This document shows positions 1 through 10,430 of a stretch of DNA of 64,000 nt, one piece after another. Under the pieces are notes generated by a model. The model saw nothing but the letters and a program-made list of their open reading frames with translations, was not told where the DNA came from and did no database searches. Origin of the DNA: Candidatus Calditenuis fumarioli (GTDB taxonomy: Archaea > Thermoproteota > Nitrososphaeria_A > Caldarchaeales > Calditenuaceae); NCBI GenBank assembly GCA_030059665.1, contig JANVYR010000002.1, positions 160,001-224,000 of the forward strand, given 5' to 3'. Every line of letters begins with the position of its first letter. Position 1 is the stretch's first letter. Position numbers and translations under genes: made by a program.

Positions 1-1
1 A

Positions 2-292
2 GAGGTTCCGGTCGCGATCTACCGTTACAGCAACAGGTGGAAGACCAACACCGCCCTCGGAGGAAGGGCGGAGCCCGCTGAGCTGACGGAGGAGCTGGTG
101 GAGACGACGATCAGGGCCGGCGATGCGGTCGGCGGTGGCGTCCTCGGGGTTGACCTGGTCGAGTCGCCCGAGGGGAACCTCTACGTGATCGAGGTGAACG
201 CGGTCATCGAGTTCAGGAACACGGTCCGAGTGACGGGCTACGACCTGGCAGGTCACATTGTGGAGAGGACCGTGCAGGAGATGCGGCGCTGA
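2..292 (+). CDS. lysX: LysX/RimK-family ATP-grasp ligase, 3' part (runs off the window start)
   Basis: The frame is open from base 2: IYRYSNRWKTNTALGG...GVLGVDLVES...IEVNAVIEF, which are the LysX/RimK C-terminal motifs. Confidence 0.85.
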   Translation, partial: EVPVAIYRYSNRWKTNTALGGRAEPAELTEELVETTIRAGDAVGGGVLGVDLVESPEGNLYVIEVNAVIEFRNTVRVTGYDLAGHIVERTVQEMRR

Positions 293-301
293 ACCCGCTG
301 C

Positions 302-571
302 TCACCTCTCCCTCGTCAGGCCTTCGACCTGTATCTCGCCCACGCCATCGACGGATCTGAGGGCCTCCTCCACCCTCTCGGTCACCCCCTCCTCCTCGGG
401 AAGCGAGAGGGCCAGCAGGAGCGTCTCGAGCCCGAAGGCCATGGTCTCCCTGGCGTGGTTCCTCAGCACTACGCCTTCCGGCAGCGAGCTCCTGATCCGC
501 TCCATCAGCGCGTCGAGGTCGACCTCCGAATCCGCAGGCATCACCCTGACGACGTACAGGACCCTTCCCAT
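302..571 (-). CDS. ef1b: Archaeal translation elongation factor 1-beta
   Basis: MGRVLYVVRVMPADSEVDLD...MAFGLETLLL...VEEALRSVDGV matches the aEF-1beta pattern. Confidence 0.92.
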   Translation of the reverse strand: MGRVLYVVRVMPADSEVDLDALMERIRSSLPEGVVLRNHARETMAFGLETLLLALSLPEEEGVTERVEEALRSVDGVGEIQVEGLTRER

Positions 572-688
572 CTCGCACCACATCACAAAAAGGAGTTATT
601 GAGCGTGAAACCGTCAGGGAGTTGCGCGTCGCGGATCTGGTGTCGCATCCGAGAAACGTTATTAACCGTCACAACGCGTTGAGCTCCG

Positions 689-1072
689 GTGTCGATAGCC
701 GGAAAGCTGATCGAGGAGCTCGAGAAGGATCGAATGGCAAGGAGGAGGCTCGCCGAGATCTTGGTTACCGACGGTGAGGTGAGGTTGGCGATAATCAACG
801 CGGTTCTGGCGGATGTCGCCACGAAGGAGGACCTCCGGAGGACGGAGGACAACCTGAAGGCCTTGATCGAGAGGGAGATATCGAGACTTGAGAAGAGAAT
901 TGACTCGCTCGAGAGGAGGATCGATGCCTTGGAGAACAGGGTAAACTCCATCGAGGCCAGGTTGTCGAGGCTGGAGGGTCAGATGAACCTCTTCGTCAAG
1001 CTCTTCATCGCCTTCAACCTGCCGATTCTGCTGGCGGTTATTGGAATTCTGCTGAGGCTCGTCTTCGCCTGA
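689..1072 (+). CDS. Membrane-anchored coiled-coil protein, DUF1640/CCDC90-like
   Basis: Small head, VATKEDL neck motif, heptad stalk (LEKRIDSLERRIDALENRVNSIEARL) and a C-terminal TM helix. Confidence 0.65.
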   Translation: MSIAGKLIEELEKDRMARRRLAEILVTDGEVRLAIINAVLADVATKEDLRRTEDNLKALIEREISRLEKRIDSLERRIDALENRVNSIEARLSRLEGQMNLFVKLFIAFNLPILLAVIGILLRLVFA

Positions 1073-1243
1073 CGGGATAGTGCAGGGTTACCGGTGACGG
1101 GGCCCCAAAGCCCGTCCTATCACGCGAAGGATTCAGGTGGTCAGCGACGCGTGATCTTCCCGACTCTCGGACGGATCAAATGTGCCCGTAACAACAACTC
1201 GATGGAACGCGCTGAGAAAGGTGGAGAAGACCAGAAAAAGGAG

Positions 1244-1272
1244 GAGAAAAGGGTTAGGGGTTTACGGAACGG
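1244..1272 (-). terminator. Pyrimidine/U-rich terminator-like tract after the giant surface protein gene
   Basis: The minus strand reads CCGTTCCGTAAACCCCTAACCCTTTTCTC immediately after the stop. A near-identical copy lies at 56385-56413. Confidence 0.5.
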
Positions 1273-1273
1273 A

Positions 1274-4200
1274 TCACTTGGCCGGAGTCTTCGGCGGTGG
1301 CGGGGCGTAGACGCCTAGCCTCCTTCCTCTCCACCAGCGGTACTCGCTGATGATGATCGCCAGCACTATCACCAGCAGTATGATGCCGATCGCGAGCGCC
1401 AGGAGCGTCGCCAGCGACATCGGTATGCCGAGGACCTCGACGTAGACCGGCAGCCTGATCTCGACGACATCGCCTCTCCTGAGCTGGTCGAGCGTCACGC
1501 TAGCGGAGCCGGTGAAGCCCTTGTACGTCGCCCTGACCTCGTAGGAGGCCGGAGCGAGCTTCTCGAACCTCGCGGAGCCGGCGGCGTCAGCGGATGCGGT
1601 CCCGACCGTGGTGCCAGCCCTGAGCAGCTGGACCGATGCGCCCTGGAGTCCCTGGCCGAGCTCTCCGACGACCCTGACAGTCAGCGCGAAGAGCTGGGCG
1701 AGCACGGAGATCTCCTTCCTCGCGACCGAGATCGGCTCGTCTCTAGCGTAGACCTCGACGCCCTCAACGGAGACCCTGACGGTGTATGTTATCGGCGAGT
1801 CCTCGGTTCCAAGCGGTACCCTCTCGAAGACGGCCTTGCCGTCAGGTCCTGTGGTCTTCGGTTGAGCCCTACCGAAGGTTACCACCGCGCCTCCGACCGG
1901 CCTTCCCTGGGCGTCGACGGCGTTGATCACCACGTCGTCGACCGGCATCTGGAGCGTCCTGCCGCCGAGGAGCCTCGTCCTAATGCCGTCAGCTGTGTCG
2001 GTCAGCGTCACCTGGACCGAGGTACCGTATGTCGGGCTCGTGTACTTGACCGAGAATGTCACCGGTGCGCCGGTGTATAGCGCAGTGATGGTGATCACGT
2101 TGCCAGCGACCTCACGCCTGAAGTAGTAGGCCTCAGGTGTGATCGAGACGTCTCCAGGCGCTATCGAGAGCGGCCTGCCTCTGAGGTCGGTCACCTCGAA
2201 GGACAGGTCTGTGAACGGCATCGATGCCTCGACCTGCACGGTACCGACGTTGACGGTGCTGATGTCGAAGGTCCTCTTGAAGATCGTTCCGGCATCACCG
2301 AACCTCACCTCGAGCTCGTAGACTCCTCTCGGCAGCCTGTTGATCGTGAAGGTCCCTCTGGACATGCCGACGCCCTCCGTGAACCTCAGCGACAGCTCAG
2401 TAGTTGCACCGGTCTTCTTGTAAACAAAGACCTCGAACCTTCTGAGTATGTCGGGTGGCAGCGTCTTCCCTCCGTAGTTCAGCAGCGCCTTGAAGTCGAA
2501 GACCGCGGTTGTCACGTCCCTGTGGACTCCCCTGCTGACCGGATCGCTCGCGCTTACGACCCTGTCAGGCAGCTTCAGTCCGATCGCGGCCTCGGAGTGC
2601 GGCACCTCAAGCGTCTTGGCGGCTGCGTCGGTCTCGTCGAAGTCGCTGTCGTAGACCTTCACGTGCCTCGGCAGCGGAGCTGTCTCGTCCCTGAACGGCC
2701 ATATCGGCCAGAGGTTGCCGTTCGCGTTGTTCGGGTTCGGATCGGTTGCGAGCCAGTAGACCCTGATGATCAGTCTGAGCGGGTCTCTGACACCGGAGTT
2801 GTCTACGGTATCGTCGTTGTTGGCGTCGTAGTTCCAGGTGCCGAAGGTCAGGTTCATGATGGCGGTGTACCCAGCTCCACCGATCGGTCTCGGATCCAGC
2901 AGCTTGCCCCTGTGGTACATGTACAGCGTCTGGAGGTCGATCGGTCTTGCGGTCCAGGAGTTGTTGGCGGTGTAGCTCCAGCCAGCTATCCTGCCGCTGG
3001 CCCTGTCGACCAGCTCGACGAAGGCTCCAGCGAGCGGCCTGCCGTTGAAGTCGATCGCCCTAACCGTCACGGCGGCGTAGTTGACGGTGATCACGAACGG
3101 CTTGCTGATCGTCCTTGCCTGGTCCTTGTCGTAGTAGGTGCAGAGCCCTACGCAGAACCCGTCTGGGTCGAACCAAGTGCTGATCGTCGTTATCGCCCAG
3201 TGCGTCGGCTCCTCGTCCGGGAAGTAGGCGAAGCTGCTCCTCCTGGTGGGCGTGTTGTAGGTCTGCTCGACCAACTGCACGTTCAGACCCTGCATCCAGG
3301 TCTTCCACTTGGCGTCGTCGGGCTCGTTGACGTAGGCCGGCGGCTCGACTCTGTACCTAACCGTTAGCCCTGCCCAGAAGATCTTCCTCACGTTCGTCGG
3401 ATCGCTGTCGAAGGTCACGAAACCGTATGCGTCGCTAACTCCGCTTAGAACGCCGGTGTCGACCGATGTGCCGAGCTTCCTGGCCTGCAGCCTTACGGTG
3501 TAGCCCTGGACCGGGTAGGCGGTGGGCACTCCCTGCTCGTCCCTCCACGTCAGCAGCACGACGCTCAGCTGCCTCGCGGCGTTCAGCATTATCGGCACGG
3601 TCACCCTGCTGGTGGTCACGGTCTTGAGCGGGCCGTCGCCGAAGGTCTCGTTGTTCAGGACGAACTGCGTCGCGACCAGGTCATTCAGCCAGGTGACGTC
3701 GGAGTGGTTGGCGCTGAAGACGTACTTCCAGGTGGTGTTCATGAACCTCGGTCCGGGTATCTTGGAGAAGTCCACTATGCCGTCGGCGTCGGTGGAGCTG
3801 ATCAGCGTGACCCTCTTCTCGCACGGGAAGGCGCTGTCCTCGCAGGCCTCGTAGTCCTGTGGAGCAGGCGGCCAGCTACTCCAAAGGCTCTGGTCCCACC
3901 AGGTCGTCACGTTCGGGTAGTAGATCCAGAGGTTGAGGTTGTGGACGGCGTGCGCCGGGTCAGTGGAGTTGCTCAGCGTGAACATGAACCTGACGTCGTA
4001 GACCTCTGAAGCGCCGAACTCCTTCACCGGACCCTTGTCGAGGACGTAGTTCTCGCTGTAGACGACCGCGCTCTTCCAGACGACGTTGAACTGGTAGTGG
4101 AACTCCTCCTTAGTGTTTGCCAGGCTTATCGCGTGAGTCCGATCAACGCCTCCGGTAGGCAGTATGCCGACGTTGTGACCTATGCCGGACTCGATCCCGT

Positions 4201-7200
4201 ACGTCTCGTTCAGGAACCCGCTGGTCGGGAGCAGCAGCAGCCCCTCGTAACCGGAGATGGTGAAGCTCTTGATGGTGCCGTCGGACTTCGTGTACCACCT
4301 AGCGTACTTGAGCTGTCCATATCTGTACGACAGCGGGTCTGTGGAGGTTCCGGGCACGCCAGTGGCGTTGTTGGCGTCGAAGGCGAAGTCGCTGGACGGC
4401 ATCAGGTAAATGTACCTCTCGGTGACCGTCATGTTCAGCCCGAAGACGTCACGGAGTATCAGCTTGGCGGGCCACGGAGGCACCTGCACGAAGATCTGAT
4501 GTGTGGCAGAATCGTGGCAGTTACTGCCTACGCTTCTTACGCATCGGAACGTGATGTTGATCCTGTCCCACTTGATTTCCTTAAACCTCTGCGGGCTATC
4601 TGGATCGGCGACCCTCTTGGTCTCCCACTCCCACCAGAACGTGTAGGTCGTGTTGGTGGTCCTTTTATCAGACTTCACGGTAGTTATAGTTCTGTTGACG
4701 GGACCTCCGGACATCGCGGATATGTCAATCCTCGATGTGACGTTCAGGTTGACGATCCAGGCCTCTATCAGCGCGTTCTCTAGCGGCGCACCTCCCTTGT
4801 CGATGGCCCTCGGCTTAATGAAAGCAACCGGCAGCGGAGCCCTCAGCGTATCCTTGTCGTAGATGATAATCTTGTAGCCGAATGCGTCCTGCAGCTTCAC
4901 CCACTTGCTGTAGAACGTCTGCTGCTTGTGGAGATCAGCGTTGGGCTGGAGCGTGAAGTTCAATGCAGGCCATACCTTGTTGGGCAGCGCCGATTTGTTG
5001 TAGAACTTGTCGACGACGAAGCTCATGTTGGTCGTCAGCCTGACGTCCTGAAGCCTGTAGCTGCCGTTCCACCAGAGGTAGGAGTAGTCCTGCGGACCTG
5101 GCCTCGTGTTGTCTCCGTATAGGATCGTCTTGTACTCGAGCGATCCGGTCCACTTGGAGAAGTTCCCGAGACCGAGCGTCATGGAGACGAAGTTGTCGTT
5201 GATGATGTCGAACCTGACGTCGCCGATCCGCAGATCGCCGTCGATCATGTCCAGGAACCAGTGGAGGGCCCAGGTGTTCAGGTTGACCTCTAACCTGTCG
5301 CAAACGGTGAACCTCAGGTCCCTGTTGAACTCCCTCAGGACGACCCTCGTATCAGCCTTCTCATGGACCTCCTGCGGCAGCATGGACTCGGATCCGGGCA
5401 TCCAGTGGATGTACGACTCGTACGTCCTGTTACCGGACTCACCTGGCCAGAAGCCGTAACCAGGCGACGCGTCTCTGTAGTTGTATCCTCCTAATGTTCT
5501 CGGCGCCACCGTCGTCACGGTGATGTTGTATATCGCAGGCGGCATCTGGTAGAAGATGTACTCGTTGGTGGCGTTCTTGTGCTGTATGACGTAGCTGAAG
5601 AACTGGGCAACCCTGACGCTGGTGTTCCACCTCTGGAAGTCGAAAATGTTGCCCTGGCCGGCGGGCACCACGCCGAGCCTCTCCGCCAGAGATCCGTCAC
5701 GGATGGCGTAAGGCCACGGATCCATCGTCTCCAGGAAGTACCAGGGCTTCCTCGCCGGGTCGCTGATGTTGTATCCCACCCACGACACCGTGACGTTCAG
5801 CCTCGGTATCGCAACGGTTCCCTGGAAGTCGAAGGTCTTGAAGACGAAGTCGGTGATCAGGGCCCTGACCTTGATCGGTGCGTGGAAGTCGCCCTCGACC
5901 GGTATCGAGACCTTGCCGTCCTGCGCTGCAATCCTTGTGTTATCAGGGAGTATCGCCTCGAGGAACGGGACGTCAACTCCCTTCCAGTAGAGCCTCGTGA
6001 ACGTCAGGGTACCTCCGGTAACGATGAAGTCCTTAGCTCCGTCGGTTCCCGTGTTGAACCTCACCTCGGAGTTGGTGGCGGGGTCGATCATCCAAGCAGG
6101 CGTCTGGGAGAGCGGCCTGTCCTGGCAGTCGACGAAGAGGACCTTCAGCTTGAAGACGCTAACTGTCTTGTCGACGAAGACTGTCCTGACCAGCTTGTTG
6201 ATCTCGCCGGAGTTCTCGTAGATAGTTACACCAGCGTACTGGACCCTTATGCCGTACATCAGGTCCTCTGGGACCTGGAAGGCGACCCAGACGTACTCAG
6301 GCGCCGGAGATCCGAGGAGCGCGACGGAGATGTTCAGCCTCCAGAGGAATGGCCACGATACCGGTCCAACCTGCTCGTAGGCGTACTTTCCATCGATGGG
6401 CGACGGCGATACCAGCCTGTATGCCTTCAGCTCAACCGGGCCTCCGGTCTCCCTTAGCAGCCAGATCCTCACGTCGCTCGGGTTCAGGACGTTGCCCTCG
6501 TTGTCCCTTACCGTTATCACGATGTCGCTGACGTTGGCGACGAGGAGGAGCTTGCCGTCAAGATCGAATGTTAAGGTCCCAAATATCGGGTCAACTACAG
6601 ACCCCGTGTTGTTCTCAACCCTCCCTACCAGAGGACCTCCTCCGCTCGATGTACCCAGCCTGACCAGTCTCGGAGCTGATGTCCTGGAACCGCTGTAGAT
6701 CTCCGGATAAATTGGTGTTGGACCCGAAGTCCACGGATCGGGCCATTCAGATGCACTCTTGAGCGCCACCAGGTACGGGTTCCTCAGGAAGAAGACTCCG
6801 ACCGTCTGAGATGCTCCTCCGTAGCTGTCCATGAACCCTCCGGAGTACTGGATCTCTATCCTGAGACCGTTGTACGGGCCTGGATCATCGGATATGCTCC
6901 TCGTCTTCAGGTAATCGTTCACCGCGACCTTCGTGGGATCGTTGGCAGTGAGGTCAGCGGTTCCGGAATAGTACCTGGAAGTGTAAGTCTCGTCCCTCGC
7001 GAACCTCCCCTCTTGGAAGACCTTGATGTTTCCGAATTTGCCCACCAGGTACATCCACATCGTGGCGTTCGGAACCCTCAGGTACGTCCTGAACTGCGGT
7101 AGGGATCCTGGCCATGCGTGACCGTTGGCCGTCAGGGCGAATCCGTCACCCGGAATTCCGAACGGCTCCTCAGTAGTTCCCACCTGGTTCTGGAGGTAGT

Positions 7201-8686
7201 ATGCGTTGCCGTCCTTGTCCCTGAGGTTGAACTTGCATGTTGCCAGGAAGAGCGAGGAGTTGAAGGTGCTGATTCTCCATCCAAAGTTCCTGGGGTCGTA
7301 GACGGTGCCGTTAACCATCAGGTCGTCGTCCCTGACGCCGCACCTCCAGTAGAAGACGGTGGAGTTGAGGAATATCGCCAGCGGGATCGAGTGACCGCCG
7401 CTAACGTAAGGCTGTGTGGTGTAGTTGTAGTTGAGGTTGAAGGCCTCGAGGAGCTGCGGGACGACATCAGAATAGAAGCCACCGGTCGGAATACCGTCCC
7501 TGAGAGCAGGTGGTGTTGCAGTAACAAGGTGCGAGTTGTCGAGCGTCGAGAAACCATCGGTATCCCTGTTCGCGAAGAACGTCGTGTTCACCAGTACCGT
7601 CTCCCACCAGACCCTGACAGTTACGTTGAGGTGCGCCTGCAGGTTAACTGAAGGATAGAAGTCATCGCGATAAGGCCTCTTCAATCCGAGGTGTATCGCC
7701 TCAAGCGGTATCGGTACCAGCTCGTTGGTCTTGTATCGAGTCCCGTAAACCGGGTACATCTCGTTGGTGGTCCTCGGATCGTACAGACCGTATCCTGATC
7801 CGTCGCCCTTGGTGACGAAGGCCCTTATCAAAGACGCTCCTCCTGTGGTTATGTTCATCTCGTAGATCTTGACCTGGGCGTAGCTCAGGTTGTCCTTCGT
7901 GCTGTACCAAGTGTGGACGTGGAATGGTGTGAAGACCACGGATGCGTTGGCAACCCAAGCGTTCCTTGCGTACCTTGTAGAGCCTAATACGTACTCAGAC
8001 TGGGTGCCAAAGGCCGTCGAGAAGTTCGCCGGCGACATGGCGACGAAGTCAACAGGTCCAGCTCTACCACCGGTGTTGGACATCAGGCTGGGACCGTAGT
8101 TCGAGGTCCAAGGCAACCACACCGCTACCACGGTCCCGTTCATCAGGACGGTCGCGTTGGTCCTCCAATGCCCCTGACCAATCTTACTTTGGATGTATCT
8201 GGTCGATGCGTTGATCACCATCATGTACACGATTATTCCGCTGTATAGGCTCCCGGCACCGACCTCGGTACCGTCGTAGCTCTTCGCCTTAACAACCACA
8301 GTCACGTTCGACCATGTATCGGGCCACTCAATCCTCACGAACCCGGTCGCGTTGATATCGAACTTGCGAGGATAGAAAATGGCGTCGTTTAACGGAGCAC
8401 CCCTCTCGTGGTAGACCTCTACGAAGTACCAGTTATCCGTCAGGTTGTACCTGTCCGCGAAGCCAGTATAGGAACCATCAGGGCACGCCCTCATCCGATG
8501 CGCGGCCGGGAGTGTCGTAGCACCGCTGCATTCTACTCCGTTCCAGCTCGGCGTCACTATCTTCAGCCATGCCGAGTACGTCCCCTCCGCTTGGACAGAC
8601 GGTATCACGTACAGGGCCGCCGGTATCGCCAGCAGCACGGCCAGCAGCGCCACGATTCCGACCCTTGCCAGACCACGGTTGTCCAA
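1274..8686 (-). CDS. 2470-aa secreted, C-terminally anchored surface (S-layer-like) protein with carboxypeptidase-regulatory-like beta repeats
   Basis: TTG start after GGTGAG, signal peptide (…PSVQA|E), beta-rich body with many N-x-S/T sequons, repeated 'V.v.D..GrP..gA.V' units near the C-terminus, then a TM helix and a basic/Pro tail. Confidence 0.8.
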   Translation of the reverse strand: MDNRGLARVGIVALLAVLLAIPAALYVIPSVQAEGTYSAWLKIVTPSWNGVECSGATTLPAAHRMRACPDGSYTGFADRYNLTDNWYFVEVYHERGAPLNDAIFYPRKFDINATGFVRIEWPDTWSNVTVVVKAKSYDGTEVGAGSLYSGIIVYMMVINASTRYIQSKIGQGHWRTNATVLMNGTVVAVWLPWTSNYGPSLMSNTGGRAGPVDFVAMSPANFSTAFGTQSEYVLGSTRYARNAWVANASVVFTPFHVHTWYSTKDNLSYAQVKIYEMNITTGGASLIRAFVTKGDGSGYGLYDPRTTNEMYPVYGTRYKTNELVPIPLEAIHLGLKRPYRDDFYPSVNLQAHLNVTVRVWWETVLVNTTFFANRDTDGFSTLDNSHLVTATPPALRDGIPTGGFYSDVVPQLLEAFNLNYNYTTQPYVSGGHSIPLAIFLNSTVFYWRCGVRDDDLMVNGTVYDPRNFGWRISTFNSSLFLATCKFNLRDKDGNAYYLQNQVGTTEEPFGIPGDGFALTANGHAWPGSLPQFRTYLRVPNATMWMYLVGKFGNIKVFQEGRFARDETYTSRYYSGTADLTANDPTKVAVNDYLKTRSISDDPGPYNGLRIEIQYSGGFMDSYGGASQTVGVFFLRNPYLVALKSASEWPDPWTSGPTPIYPEIYSGSRTSAPRLVRLGTSSGGGPLVGRVENNTGSVVDPIFGTLTFDLDGKLLLVANVSDIVITVRDNEGNVLNPSDVRIWLLRETGGPVELKAYRLVSPSPIDGKYAYEQVGPVSWPFLWRLNISVALLGSPAPEYVWVAFQVPEDLMYGIRVQYAGVTIYENSGEINKLVRTVFVDKTVSVFKLKVLFVDCQDRPLSQTPAWMIDPATNSEVRFNTGTDGAKDFIVTGGTLTFTRLYWKGVDVPFLEAILPDNTRIAAQDGKVSIPVEGDFHAPIKVRALITDFVFKTFDFQGTVAIPRLNVTVSWVGYNISDPARKPWYFLETMDPWPYAIRDGSLAERLGVVPAGQGNIFDFQRWNTSVRVAQFFSYVIQHKNATNEYIFYQMPPAIYNITVTTVAPRTLGGYNYRDASPGYGFWPGESGNRTYESYIHWMPGSESMLPQEVHEKADTRVVLREFNRDLRFTVCDRLEVNLNTWALHWFLDMIDGDLRIGDVRFDIINDNFVSMTLGLGNFSKWTGSLEYKTILYGDNTRPGPQDYSYLWWNGSYRLQDVRLTTNMSFVVDKFYNKSALPNKVWPALNFTLQPNADLHKQQTFYSKWVKLQDAFGYKIIIYDKDTLRAPLPVAFIKPRAIDKGGAPLENALIEAWIVNLNVTSRIDISAMSGGPVNRTITTVKSDKRTTNTTYTFWWEWETKRVADPDSPQRFKEIKWDRINITFRCVRSVGSNCHDSATHQIFVQVPPWPAKLILRDVFGLNMTVTERYIYLMPSSDFAFDANNATGVPGTSTDPLSYRYGQLKYARWYTKSDGTIKSFTISGYEGLLLLPTSGFLNETYGIESGIGHNVGILPTGGVDRTHAISLANTKEEFHYQFNVVWKSAVVYSENYVLDKGPVKEFGASEVYDVRFMFTLSNSTDPAHAVHNLNLWIYYPNVTTWWDQSLWSSWPPAPQDYEACEDSAFPCEKRVTLISSTDADGIVDFSKIPGPRFMNTTWKYVFSANHSDVTWLNDLVATQFVLNNETFGDGPLKTVTTSRVTVPIMLNAARQLSVVLLTWRDEQGVPTAYPVQGYTVRLQARKLGTSVDTGVLSGVSDAYGFVTFDSDPTNVRKIFWAGLTVRYRVEPPAYVNEPDDAKWKTWMQGLNVQLVEQTYNTPTRRSSFAYFPDEEPTHWAITTISTWFDPDGFCVGLCTYYDKDQARTISKPFVITVNYAAVTVRAIDFNGRPLAGAFVELVDRASGRIAGWSYTANNSWTARPIDLQTLYMYHRGKLLDPRPIGGAGYTAIMNLTFGTWNYDANNDDTVDNSGVRDPLRLIIRVYWLATDPNPNNANGNLWPIWPFRDETAPLPRHVKVYDSDFDETDAAAKTLEVPHSEAAIGLKLPDRVVSASDPVSRGVHRDVTTAVFDFKALLNYGGKTLPPDILRRFEVFVYKKTGATTELSLRFTEGVGMSRGTFTINRLPRGVYELEVRFGDAGTIFKRTFDISTVNVGTVQVEASMPFTDLSFEVTDLRGRPLSIAPGDVSITPEAYYFRREVAGNVITITALYTGAPVTFSVKYTSPTYGTSVQVTLTDTADGIRTRLLGGRTLQMPVDDVVINAVDAQGRPVGGAVVTFGRAQPKTTGPDGKAVFERVPLGTEDSPITYTVRVSVEGVEVYARDEPISVARKEISVLAQLFALTVRVVGELGQGLQGASVQLLRAGTTVGTASADAAGSARFEKLAPASYEVRATYKGFTGSASVTLDQLRRGDVVEIRLPVYVEVLGIPMSLATLLALAIGIILLVIVLAIIISEYRWWRGRRLGVYAPPPPKTPAK

Positions 8687-8896
8687 CTTTCCTTCTCACC
8701 TTGCGTCCCTCCCCAGGATCCGCCCGGATAAAGACCGGTCCTTTCTAGAGCGGTTCTAAACCCCGGAATCTCCGCCCGCAACCGCCCTTTTCACCCGGTA
8801 ATACGCCAATAGCGTCCAGAGGGCCAGCAGAGGGTACCAGCAGAAAGGGACAAACCCATCCGTCACAAAGGACAGCGAAGCCAACCCGGTTGCTGA

Positions 8897-9404
8897 TCAC
8901 TGGTCACGTGCGCCCCCCATCCCGAGCCCCCTCGCGACCTCCTCGACCAGCCTCCTCACCTCGCCCAGCGCGTCCTCCACGTCCTCCCTCGTAGCCAGGC
9001 CTTCGTAGGAGTTAACGTGCATCGAGCTCGCCAGCTTGAACGCTGTCCTGACCCAGCTCCAGGGCCACCTCGTTCTTGTGGGCCCAGAGATCGGCGTGCG
9101 ACTCCAGCCTAAGACCCTTCCTCGCCATAGCGTGAGCCCTCACCGCCAGCGCGCAGGCCCCCCAGACCTTCTCTCCCGTCTGCCTCAGGTCTCCCCTGCT
9201 GAGCTCCTCCGCCGCCCGCTCAAGCAGCTGCCGGGCACCCTCGAGGTACTTCCTCCAGGCCTCGCGCGGGTCCTCATCTTTCGTCAGCAGCTCGAACACG
9301 AACTCCTCGACCGTCTGTCCAGCCCTCCTCGCCCTCTCCCTGAGCTCGTCGACCACCACCCTGGGCAGGGCCAAGGCCGTCGCTTCGGGCGCTTCTCCCG
9401 CCAC
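8897..9404 (-). pseudogene. PaREP1-family gene, frameshifted near 9050
   Basis: Frame 1 gives ...GDLRQTGEKVWGACALAVRAHA...HADLW..ELG. The conserved continuation WVRTAFKLASSMHVNSYEG...EDVEDAL lies in another frame and ends at 8897. Confidence 0.75.
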
Positions 9405-9505
9405 TCCGCCAAACCATCGGCTTGTTGCGTCAAATCTTTTTTCCTCCAGCTCCCTCCGTCGCGGGCTCCAAATCGATCGCTCAGCCGCAGATCCCTCAGC
9501 TGCGC

Positions 9506-10201
9506 TCAGACCCTCGTGTATATCTCGACTCCCAGCTCCATAGCAGTCTTCACGGCGTTGTCGGTAGCGAACGGCGTCACGAAGATCAGCCTGTCGGGTC
9601 TCTTCCCGGTCTTCCGCTCGTAGAGCTTCGCCTTCCTGTACAGGGTGACGACGTCTGAGGGCCTCACCTGGGACGATACCTCGATCAGCAGCGTCTTCCC
9701 GTCCTTCACCGCGACGTCGACCTCCACTGGGCTCGGGAACCCGAAGACCTCTCCTCCCTCATCGAACGCCGTCCACCTCTCGACCTTCAGGCCCAGCTCC
9801 TTCTCGAGGATTCCCTTCAGTCCCTCCCTGAACGCTTCCTCGGACATCAGACCCCACCTGGCTCCCAAAGCCGAGATCTGCCTGTTGACCGCTTCGAACC
9901 CCTTGTTCATGTCCTCCCTGAGTCTGTTCATGTCCTCCCGTAGCTTTGCAATCTCCTTGTCATGCCTCTCGAACCCCCTGATCATGTCCTCCCTAAGCCT
10001 GTTCATGTCTTCCCTGAGCCTCGCAATTTCCTGCTCGTGTCTGTCAAGCCTCTTCAGGATCTCGATTATGTGGGATTCGTGCCTGTCGAGTCTCTTCAGG
10101 ATCTCGTCCAACCCAATTAATCCTGCAACTGCGTACCTGAACTCCTCGTCCTCCCTGAGCAGCTTCAGGATCCTCGACTTCAGCCTCTCCCTCGCGGCCA
10201 A
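9506..10201 (-). CDS. Coiled-coil + PD-(D/E)XK-like protein (DUF3782/COG5493-like), copy A
   Basis: EDEEFRYAVAGLIG head, LREDMNR repeats, ALGARWG, and EVDVAV...LIEVSS nuclease-like motifs. Confidence 0.8.
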   Translation of the reverse strand: MAARERLKSRILKLLREDEEFRYAVAGLIGLDEILKRLDRHESHIIEILKRLDRHEQEIARLREDMNRLREDMIRGFERHDKEIAKLREDMNRLREDMNKGFEAVNRQISALGARWGLMSEEAFREGLKGILEKELGLKVERWTAFDEGGEVFGFPSPVEVDVAVKDGKTLLIEVSSQVRPSDVVTLYRKAKLYERKTGKRPDRLIFVTPFATDNAVKTAMELGVEIYTRV

Positions 10202-10430
10202 CCCGTCACTACCTTCGTCGATTCGAGATATAACTGAGTAGGTGCACCGTCGATCCTTGATGGGCCAAAGCCCACCGCGCCCCGCACGTGAGCCGTCTCT
10301 CCCGCCGATCGGGGCATCGCAGCCCTCCGCTGTCTGCGGTGTGCAGCAAGCACCCCGTTGGGAAGGTGGACCCAGCTCGCATAGAACCGCGTGCGAACGT
10401 TCTTAACGCGGACGAAACCTCTCCGAGCCG

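Noticed and set aside
8750-8790. tRNA 3'-end/att-like sequence upstream of the giant gene
   Set aside because: It only loosely resembles a T arm and does not match the tRNA-Leu 3' end.
10210-10420. Possible ncRNA or gene in the gap before the GNAT gene
   Set aside because: Only short GC hairpins were seen, with no box motifs or convincing ORF.
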